Source: an uncultured Chloroflexia bacterium (GTDB lineage: Bacteria > Chloroflexota > Limnocylindria > Limnocylindrales > CSP1-4). From it: a stretch of DNA of 64,000 bases. Below are positions 56,909-64,000 of this stretch, piece after piece. The stretch is taken from NCBI GenBank assembly GCA_963713975.1, contig OY970218.1, positions 2,592,001 through 2,656,000 on the forward strand. The letters are read 5' to 3'. A program made the position numbers and the translations under genes. Numbering within the stretch: the stretch's first letter is position 1; each line of letters opens with the position of its first letter. Below the pieces are notes generated by a model. That model was given only the letters and a program-made list of their open reading frames with translations. It did no database searches and had not been told where the DNA came from.

Positions 56909-57876
56909 GTTGCGCCCCACACCGGGGCGGGATCCGGGTCGGGTGCCGTCACCTGGAGGAAGAGCTCTTCGAGGTCGCTCGCGGCGCGGGCGAACGAGGC
57001 GATGCGCAACCCGGCGCCAACGGCGTGGGCAAGGAGCATGGCCGTGCCTTCCTCATCGCCGTGGAAGCCGATCTCGATGGTCCCGTCCGCCAGGAGCTCC
57101 GAGGTCACGACGTCCGGCCGGCCGGCGAACCAGGCCCGGGCGGCCTCCTCATCGTCCCGGTCGCCGAGGACGCGGGCCCGGAGCACGGCACCGACGCGCA
57201 GGCGCTTCTCGATCTCGGCGACCCGGCCGTGGACCAGGACCTGGCCGCGGTCGATGATGGCGACGGAGGTGCACAGCTCCTCGAGCTCGGGCAAGATGTG
57301 CGATGAGACGAGGATGGTCTTGCCCAGCTTGCGCAGTTCCCGGAGCAGCTCCCGGAGCTCCACGCGAGCCCTGGGGTCGAGTCCCGAGGCGGGCTCGTCC
57401 AGGAGCAGGACGAGCGGATCGTGGACGAGCGTGTGGGCGAGGCACAGGCGCTGCTGCATGCCCCGAGAGAGGCCCTGCACGTAGACGTCGCGCTTGGAGC
57501 CCAGGTCGACGAGCTCCAGGAGGTCGCCGATCATGCGCCGCCGGCGGTCGGCGGGGATGCCGTAGCAGCGGGCGAAGAAGTCCAGGTACTCCCAGACCTT
57601 CATGTCGTCATAGACACCGAATGAGTCCGGCATGAACCCGAGGACGCGTCGCACGTCGTTGGGGTTCCGGCGGACGGATGCACCCGCGATCTCGGCATCG
57701 CCACTGTCCGGGACGAGGAGCGTGGCCAGGATTCGCAGGGTCGTCGTCTTGCCGGCGCCGTTGGGGCCCACGAGGCCGAAGATCTCGCCCTCTCCGACGT
57801 CCAGGTCCAGGCCACCCACCGCGACCGTCCGGTCGTACCGCTTCACGAGGCCCGTCGCCCGCACGATGCTCGTCAT
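56905..57876 (-). CDS. ABC transporter ATP-binding protein
   Basis: GPNGAGKT, LSRGM, LLDEP and SSH motifs. Confidence 0.95.
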   Translation of the reverse strand: MTSIVRATGLVKRYDRTVAVGGLDLDVGEGEIFGLVGPNGAGKTTTLRILATLLVPDSGDAEIAGASVRRNPNDVRRVLGFMPDSFGVYDDMKVWEYLDFFARCYGIPADRRRRMIGDLLELVDLGSKRDVYVQGLSRGMQQRLCLAHTLVHDPLVLLLDEPASGLDPRARVELRELLRELRKLGKTILVSSHILPELEELCTSVAIIDRGQVLVHGRVAEIEKRLRVGAVLRARVLGDRDDEEAARAWFAGRPDVVTSELLADGTIEIGFHGDEEGTAMLLAHAVGAGLRIASFARAASDLEELFLQVTAPDPDPAPVWGAT

Positions 57877-60323
57877 CGGACGGTCCCTTCGATGCTGATC
57901 GGGAGCTGGAAGCTGATCTGGTCCTGGCGCTCGTTCACGAACCGCACCTGGACCTCGCCGCTGGCCGGGTCCACCCAGCGGCCGGCGTCGGGCAGCTCGT
58001 AGGCCGTTCCCTGCACGAGGTGCGCGAATTGGACCCACTCGCCCGTGCGCAGGTCCAGGACCTCGATGTCGGGCAGGCCGTCCTGGGGCACGACACACCC
58101 CTCCGTGCCGGGATCGCAGCGGACCGCCTCCGTGAGGGTCTTCGATGCACCACCCGGCATGGCCAGGTCCCCGCCGAAGGTGAGCCCGACGAGGACCCTC
58201 GACGGCACGAAGGTCCCCTCGAACTGGATCGGCCGGTACGAGACCCGGGCCGTGCCGGGGCCGAGGTTGATCGACCACGGGTCCTTGGAGAAGAAGTTGG
58301 CGCCCACCTCGAGGATGGAGGTCCGGACGAGGTCATAGTTGAAGGTCGTCTTGCCGCTGATCGAGTACGGAAGCTGGACCTGGTACAGGATGTTCGCCAT
58401 GCGCCTGGTCGTCTGGCCCTCGATCTCGAAGGGCACGACCGGCTGCGTGCCCCATGCCAGCAGCGTGGCGGTGTCGGCCGGGATGGCGTTCGGGAAGCCG
58501 GTCATCGGATCCATCGAGATCTGGTCGACGACAGACCTGCGCACCAGCGTCCGCTGGCCCTCCTCGTCGAGCGTCGAGCCGTCCCAGTTCATCTGCCCGA
58601 AGATGCGCTCCGACAGCGGGATGCCGTTGAACGGGTTGTTGGCGATCGCGAGATTGACCTCCGCGGTGGCACCGGCGGCGATGTCCCGGAGCGGCATCGC
58701 CGAGGAGCCGACGACGATCGCGGCGGCGTGCAGGGGCTGGTCCGAGCGGTTGGTCACGGTTCCAGTCAGGCGACCGTCCGCGAGGTGCAGGTCCGCGACG
58801 ACCTCCGGTCCGGTCGCGGATCCCTCCGCGCGGACCATGCGGATGGAGCCGACGCCCACGGCCAGGTCCCGGATCCGCGATGGGTCACCCTCGACGATAT
58901 CGAGATCGGCCACGAACCCGGTGCCGAAGATGTCGCCGTTCATCGGCGCCGACAGGAGCGCGTCGCCGGCGACCGTGACCTGGTACGTGGCCCGCGACGG
59001 GCTGAACACGCCGAGGTAGGACTGGACGGTCGCGGCCTCCGTTGCCGGTGCACCGCGGACGATCCCCACCTCGTGGACGATCACGTCCGATCCGCGGAGG
59101 GCACCCCCGATGAGAAACGAGCCGGCGGTGAACACGATGATCAGCGCCGGGACCGTCACCCACGCCCATTCGCGCCGGTCGAGTCGTCGGAGCACCAGGT
59201 AGTTCACGGGGCCGACGAGCAGGATGTACCCGAGCAGCAGCACCACCAGCCCGCCGGTCGGCGGCAGGGCGAGGCTTGGGAGGTTGGTCACCGCCGACAC
59301 GATCGAGGAATTGTCCGCGAGCCCGACCGAGCCGACGGCACGCTGGGGCAGCAGCTTGCGCCACAGCGGTGTGTCCCAGGTCTCACCCTCCGCCACCCAG
59401 GTCGTCGTGGGGTCGAAGCCGAGCAGCGTCACGGATCCATTGCCGACCTCGAGGTCCGCCGCGATCACGCGGTCGCCCGATGTCGCGAGCACCCGACCGG
59501 CGCCGGGCTCGCCGGCGTACGCGGTGAGGGTCGCGGCACCCTGCGGCACCCCGCCGAGGATCGGACGCAGGGCGGCGGGATCGATGTCGACGGTCGAGGT
59601 CGGGCGGTACGGGAGCAGGTCGTCCGGGAACCCCGACAGCGAGTCGGCGCCCGCCGTCCCGCCGACGATCACGAGCCGGCCACCGCCTGCGAGCCAGACC
59701 CGCAGCGCGGCGACCTGGGCCGGCGTGAGCGTGGCGGCGTCGACGTCCTGCCACACGATGCTGTCGAGGGCCGACCAGGCCTGGATCCGCTCCGGCAGGT
59801 CTGCCGGCGTGAGCGTGGCGATGCTGGGGGCGGCACCGGACTGGTTGGGCAGGAGCCGGAGCTCGCTGACGATCCTCGCCGGGTTCTCCGAGACGACGCC
59901 GACGACGAGCTGGGACTGGTCGTGGACTGCCGTGGCCACCAGTGCCTCGGAGACCACGCGGTCCCCGCTGACCAGCTGGACCTTCATGTTGCCCCCGAAC
60001 GGCGGGGGCTGGGCATAGAGCAGGTACTGCTTGCGCGACCCGGTGGCCAGCTCGACCGGAGTCCCGAAGCGAGTCTTGGAGTCAGCGCCACCCTTCACCT
60101 GGAGCTCACCCGTCACATCGGGCCCCGCGTTCTCGAGATCCACGGCGATCGCGAACCAGGAGCCCTGGCGGACGTGTCCCTGCAGGAGGGCGTGGGCCGT
60201 CATGACCGGGCCGTCGTCGGCAGCCGCCGCGAGACCCGGGCCGAGGGCGCCGAGGAGGAGCACGCCCGCCGCCGCCAGCGCGAACACGGCGCGCGCCGTG
60301 CGGGGGATGCGGGGCAGCGGCAC
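57873..60323 (-). CDS. Large exported/membrane protein with a GATase-like domain and an internal TM pair
   Basis: Signal peptide, WLAGGGRLVIVGG and YILLVGPVNYLVLRRLDRREWAWVTVP. GAGGAG precedes GTG 60323. Confidence 0.82.
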   Translation of the reverse strand: MPLPRIPRTARAVFALAAAGVLLLGALGPGLAAAADDGPVMTAHALLQGHVRQGSWFAIAVDLENAGPDVTGELQVKGGADSKTRFGTPVELATGSRKQYLLYAQPPPFGGNMKVQLVSGDRVVSEALVATAVHDQSQLVVGVVSENPARIVSELRLLPNQSGAAPSIATLTPADLPERIQAWSALDSIVWQDVDAATLTPAQVAALRVWLAGGGRLVIVGGTAGADSLSGFPDDLLPYRPTSTVDIDPAALRPILGGVPQGAATLTAYAGEPGAGRVLATSGDRVIAADLEVGNGSVTLLGFDPTTTWVAEGETWDTPLWRKLLPQRAVGSVGLADNSSIVSAVTNLPSLALPPTGGLVVLLLGYILLVGPVNYLVLRRLDRREWAWVTVPALIIVFTAGSFLIGGALRGSDVIVHEVGIVRGAPATEAATVQSYLGVFSPSRATYQVTVAGDALLSAPMNGDIFGTGFVADLDIVEGDPSRIRDLAVGVGSIRMVRAEGSATGPEVVADLHLADGRLTGTVTNRSDQPLHAAAIVVGSSAMPLRDIAAGATAEVNLAIANNPFNGIPLSERIFGQMNWDGSTLDEEGQRTLVRRSVVDQISMDPMTGFPNAIPADTATLLAWGTQPVVPFEIEGQTTRRMANILYQVQLPYSISGKTTFNYDLVRTSILEVGANFFSKDPWSINLGPGTARVSYRPIQFEGTFVPSRVLVGLTFGGDLAMPGGASKTLTEAVRCDPGTEGCVVPQDGLPDIEVLDLRTGEWVQFAHLVQGTAYELPDAGRWVDPASGEVQVRFVNERQDQISFQLPISIEGTVR

Positions 60324-60531
60324 TCGGGCTCCTCGGGTGCGGGCGGCTGGACGGTTTGAGCCATGACGCCCGTGGTCCACGAAAAGTTGCACGAGACCCC
60401 CGCGTGGCAGCCGCCACGGCCTTCCGGTGGCCGTTCGGGCCCGCCTATCGTACGATGCACGGACCCCAGGTCCGCCGGTGAGCGTCCGTGCGCCGCACCC
60501 GACCGCACCGTCACCGCGTACAGAGGATCCC

Positions 60532-61842
60532 GTGCCCGACGTCAGACCCTTCCGCGCCCTCCGCTTCGACCTCGAGACGGTCGGGGACGTGGGCAAGGTG
60601 GTGGCTCCGCCGTACGACGTGATCGGGCCAGCGCTCCACCGGGAGCTGCTCGCACGCCATCCGCGCAACGCAGTGCGCCTGGACCTGCCGCAGGCGGAGC
60701 CCCGCGAGGAGCCCGACGAGCGCTACCGGCGGGCTGCGAAGACGCTGACCGCATGGCGCTCGGACGGGACGCTGCGCAGGGACCCGCGCCCGTCCGTGTA
60801 TGTCTGCGAGCAGACCTACCGGGTGCCCGGCACGGGTATCGAGCGGACGCAGCGTGGCTTCTTCGCCCGTCTCCGCCTCGAGCCGTTCGGGCCGGGGAGC
60901 TCCGTGCTGCCGCACGAGCGGACGCTGTCCGGCCCCAAGGAGGACCGATACCGCCTGCTGCGGGCGATGGGGATGAACACCTCGCCGGTGGTGGCGTTGT
61001 TCGAGGACGCCCAGCGCGTGTCTGCCGGGGCGCTCGCGACCATCGCCGCCGGGATGCCGGCCGCCGACGTCACGGACGACGATGGCGTGCGTCATCGCCT
61101 GTGGGTGGTCGCGGACGAGGGCGAGGACTCCCCGGCTGGCGTGCTGCTCGCTGCGGCTGCGGCCGGGCCGGTGTACATCGCGGACGGACACCACCGGTAC
61201 GAGACCGCCGTCCGCTACCGCGACGAGCGACGGACCGCGTCGACCGAGCAGGACCCGGCCTTCGACTTCGTGCTGATGCTGTTCCTCGATGCGGCGGACC
61301 AGCTGACCGTGCTGCCCACGCACCGTGTCGTGCGTGGTCTGGGTGAGGCGGGCACTGCCGGCCTCGTCGCCCGGCTTCCGGAGCTGTTCGTGGCCACCCC
61401 CTCCACGACCGAGGCACTCGTCGCACGGTTCGAGGCAGCCGGGGAGCTGGCGGGCGGGGATGGCCGGTTCGCGCTGCTGACCCGCGAGGGAGCATGGTCG
61501 CTCGAGGCGCGCCGCGAGGCGTTCGACGCGCGAGGGGGTAGCGGCGCGGCCGTCCGGGCCCTGGACGTGTCGCTCCTCGGCACAACCCTCGAGACCCTGG
61601 CCGGGATCGATGCCGCCGCCGTGGCAGGGGGCGAGCGCATCACGTACACCAAGTCCGCGGCGGAAGCCGCTGCCATGGTTGCCGACGGGAGCGATGCCGC
61701 GGATGCCGCGTTTCTCCTGGAGCCGACACCCGTTGCGTCCATCCTCGCGGTGGCGCGCGACGGCGACGTGATGCCCCAGAAGTCGACCTACTTCTACCCC
61801 AAGGCCCTGACCGGGCTCGTCCTGAACCCGCACGAGTGGTAG
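60532..61842 (+). CDS. DUF1015 family protein
   Basis: PFRALR, APPYDVI, PHERT, IADGHHRYETA, PTHR and MPQKSTYFYPK motifs. Confidence 0.93.
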   Translation: MPDVRPFRALRFDLETVGDVGKVVAPPYDVIGPALHRELLARHPRNAVRLDLPQAEPREEPDERYRRAAKTLTAWRSDGTLRRDPRPSVYVCEQTYRVPGTGIERTQRGFFARLRLEPFGPGSSVLPHERTLSGPKEDRYRLLRAMGMNTSPVVALFEDAQRVSAGALATIAAGMPAADVTDDDGVRHRLWVVADEGEDSPAGVLLAAAAAGPVYIADGHHRYETAVRYRDERRTASTEQDPAFDFVLMLFLDAADQLTVLPTHRVVRGLGEAGTAGLVARLPELFVATPSTTEALVARFEAAGELAGGDGRFALLTREGAWSLEARREAFDARGGSGAAVRALDVSLLGTTLETLAGIDAAAVAGGERITYTKSAAEAAAMVADGSDAADAAFLLEPTPVASILAVARDGDVMPQKSTYFYPKALTGLVLNPHEW

Positions 61843-61852
61843 GGGACCGACG

Positions 61853-62731
61853 ATGACCGAGCCCTCCTCCACGTCCGCCGACCGCCAGGTCCCCAGGACC
61901 GCCACGGGCGGCCGCCCCGTGCGCAAGGATGAGATCGAGCTCGCGGAGCGCGGCCTGTACATCGAGTCCTGGCTCCCGGAGCGTCGTTCACGGCGGCGGC
62001 CCATCCTGTTCGTCCACGGCGAGCTGGGCGGATCGTGGGTCTGGGAGCGGTTCCTGAACCACTTCGCGGGTCGCGGCTGGGAGGGCCACGCCCTCAACCT
62101 GCGGAACCACTACTGGTCGCAGACGGCGGATCCGGCCACCCTCGACATCGAGTCCTACACCGAGGACGTGATCGCGGCCATGGATCGCCTGGGACCCCAG
62201 GTCGTGGCGGTCGGGCACGGCATGGGCGGCCTGCTCGTGCTCAAGGCGATCGAGCGGGCTCCCGTGTCGTCGTACGTGCTGATCGCGCCGGAGGCGCCCA
62301 AGGAGCTTCGCCCTGCGGCCAGGGCCCACGTCGTGCGGGACATCCCGGATGCCTACGGGCGCTCGGAGCTCGGCTGGGAGACGCTGCCCGAGAAGCTTAT
62401 GCGGGAGCATCGCGACCTGACCCTCAACGACGTCCTCAGGATCCAGCACCTCCTCGGCCAGAAGGCGTTCGAGTCCGGGCGTGCCAGGCGCCAGGTCCTC
62501 TCGGGCGTGCCCGTGGACCACTCGGCGCTGCCGGAGGTGCCCCGGCTCGTCATCGGCGGCGGTCTCGATCTCTACGTGTCGGAGCCCGACGTCGAACGCC
62601 TGGGGGAGTGGCTCGGGGCACCCTACGAGCCGTTCGGTGCCCACTCGCACTACGGCCTGGTGCTGGGCGAGCAGAGCTACCTCCAGGTGGCGGAGACGCT
62701 GCGCGCATTCCTCGAGGCCAACCGGCTGTAG
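61853..62731 (+). CDS. Alpha/beta hydrolase fold protein lacking the nucleophile serine
   Basis: ILFVHG, GHGMGG at the nucleophile elbow, and a C-terminal HSHY. Confidence 0.82.
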   Translation: MTEPSSTSADRQVPRTATGGRPVRKDEIELAERGLYIESWLPERRSRRRPILFVHGELGGSWVWERFLNHFAGRGWEGHALNLRNHYWSQTADPATLDIESYTEDVIAAMDRLGPQVVAVGHGMGGLLVLKAIERAPVSSYVLIAPEAPKELRPAARAHVVRDIPDAYGRSELGWETLPEKLMREHRDLTLNDVLRIQHLLGQKAFESGRARRQVLSGVPVDHSALPEVPRLVIGGGLDLYVSEPDVERLGEWLGAPYEPFGAHSHYGLVLGEQSYLQVAETLRAFLEANRL

Positions 62732-62756
62732 CCGCCCGCCGCGCAGCGTGCCCCGG

Positions 62757-62786
62757 TTGCGAGCCCCGCGACGGTCCTGCTATCCT
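62757..62786 (+). promoter_or_regulatory. Sigma70-type promoter of the tRNA
   Basis: TTGCGA, an 18-bp spacer, then extended -10 TGcTATCCT. Confidence 0.55.
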
Positions 62787-62819
62787 CCGTGGCCGGTTGG
62801 ACGCTCGCGTCCGCCCTAT

Positions 62820-62896
62820 GCCGCATTCGTCTAGAGGCCTAGGACACCGCCCTCTCAAGGCGGAGACCACCGGTTCGAATCCGGTATGCGGTACCA
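62820..62896 (+). tRNA. tRNA-Glu (anticodon CTC)
   Basis: Acceptor stem GCCGCAT/ATGCGGT, anticodon arm CCGCC-ctCTCaa-GGCGG, T-loop GGTTCGAATCC and an encoded CCA. Confidence 0.96.
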
Positions 62897-62909
62897 GCAA
62901 CGATCCACC

Positions 62910-62937
62910 CAACGCCTCCGGTCCACCGGGGGCGTTG
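62910..62937 (+). terminator. Hairpin downstream of the tRNA
   Basis: CAACGCCTCCGG-tcca-CCGGGGGCGTTG. Confidence 0.65.
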
Positions 62938-63076
62938 CTCATTCTCCGGGGTCTCGTGGCCTCTCCCGCCGCCGTTCACGTGCGCTCCAGGGCTCCTCGG
63001 CGCGCAGCGCGGCCCATGCCCGCGGGCGCGATGGCCTAGACTCGGGCCGTCCCCTTGCCGTAGCTCTGGATGGTTG

Positions 63077-64000
63077 ATGTCCACCGCGCCCGACCGTCGA
63101 CTCGCGATCCTCGCCGAGGGCAACTTCGGTTTCCACCACGGCAAGACTGCCATGGGGGTGATCCGGTTCGGCACCGACAAGGTCGTGGCCGTGGTCGACT
63201 CCACGCAGGCGGGCCACAACGTGCGCGAGTGGCTGGGCGACTCGGGCCGGTTCGACATCCCGATCGTCGGCTCGCTCAACGAGGCACTGGGCTTCGTGCC
63301 CCGGGCCGACGCGCTGCTGATCGGGATCGCGCCGACCGGAGGCAGGCTGCCGGACGAATGGCGGGTGCTGATCCTGGCGGCGATCCGGTCGGGCCTGGAC
63401 ATCCTGTCCGGTCTGCACACCCTGCTGGGGGACGACCCGGAGCTGGTCGAGGCCGCACGCAGCTCCGGCGTGCGCCTCGTGGACTACCGGCGGCCGCCGG
63501 AGCGGATGGAGACGTCGGTCGGGCGTCGCCACCTGCCGGGGAAGCGCGTCATCCTCACCGTGGGCACGGATTGCGCCGTGGGCAAGATGTCCGTGGCGCT
63601 CGAGCTGCGGCGGGCCGCGGTCGCCGCGGGCCGCTCGGCATCGTTCGTGGCGACGGGCCAGACCGGGATGATGGTCGAGGGCTGGGGCGTCGCGATCGAC
63701 CGCGTCGTGGCCGACTTCGTCCAGGGGACGGGGGAGTGGCTGGCGGAGGAAGGCGAGCGGCGAGGCGACTGGGTCATCGTGGAGGGCCAGGGGTCGCTGG
63801 ATCACCCCGCCTACAGCAGCGTCACGCTCGGCCTCATCCACGGGACGACGCCGCACGCCATGATCCTGGTGCACGAGCCGGGCACAGCGGACCACGACTT
63901 CGAGCACCTGCCGGACCGCCGGTTCCCGATCGCGGCCCTGCCCGGGTTCATCCGGATCCACGAGGACGTCGCCGGCCTGGTCGCTCCCAGCAAGGTCGTC
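63077..64000 (+). CDS. DUF1611 family P-loop protein, 3'-truncated
   Basis: Translated by hand because it is missing from the ORF track: GKTAMGVIR, SGLH, VGTDCAVGKM, ATGQTG and VEGQGSLDHP. Confidence 0.9.
   Translation, partial: MSTAPDRRLAILAEGNFGFHHGKTAMGVIRFGTDKVVAVVDSTQAGHNVREWLGDSGRFDIPIVGSLNEALGFVPRADALLIGIAPTGGRLPDEWRVLILAAIRSGLDILSGLHTLLGDDPELVEAARSSGVRLVDYRRPPERMETSVGRRHLPGKRVILTVGTDCAVGKMSVALELRRAAVAAGRSASFVATGQTGMMVEGWGVAIDRVVADFVQGTGEWLAEEGERRGDWVIVEGQGSLDHPAYSSVTLGLIHGTTPHAMILVHEPGTADHDFEHLPDRRFPIAALPGFIRIHEDVAGLVAPSKVV

Noticed and set aside
7340-60359. Many long antisense or alternate-frame ORFs (e.g. 7340-9172, 46586-49738, 57678-60359)
   Set aside because: They are shadow ORFs expected in high-GC DNA. 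They overlap well-supported genes and have no motifs.
62820-62940. tRNA-Glu as an integration site or as functionally tied to hemA
   Set aside because: I saw no integrase or duplicated tRNA 3' end, and it is about 46 kb from hemA.

Overview
This is a very GC-rich bacterial chromosome segment. The gene content suggests a monoderm, possibly Chloroflexota; that is inferred, not shown. In order it contains: (1) a surface-fibre locus, (2) a GT1 glycosyltransferase, an aldehyde dehydrogenase and a maltokinase-like kinase, (3) feoAB divergent from an HTH regulator that heads a coproporphyrin-type haem operon (hemA, hemC-D fusion, hemB, hemL, hemE, hemH, AhbD-like radical SAM, hemY), (4) CBS-BON, an LLM oxidoreductase, the AmmeMemoRadiSam trio, an ECF sigma pair, mutY, nnrE, glpD and a zinc-ribbon protein, (5) a 2-oxoacid dehydrogenase operon with lipA, a deaminase and a SufR-like regulator, (6) a 15 kb minus-strand MoxR/DUF58/VWA/ABC envelope cluster ending in a lipoprotein and a sortase, and (7) DUF1015, a serine-less alpha/beta hydrolase, tRNA-Glu(CTC) and a truncated DUF1611 gene. 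The most striking element is the surface-fibre locus. A single reading frame, open from base 1, fuses the C-terminal half of a SipW-type signal peptidase to a SipW-cognate signal peptide and about 1,500 aa of near-identical autotransporter-type beta-strand repeats with no beta-barrel. A TasA-like gene and a second SipW follow. Other notable items are a Cys-Pro haem-regulatory-like insertion in HemA, direct repeats in front of the haem-operon regulator, and an anti-Shine-Dalgarno leader. No CRISPR array or mobile element was seen. All calls come from motif recognition by eye; no database searches were run.
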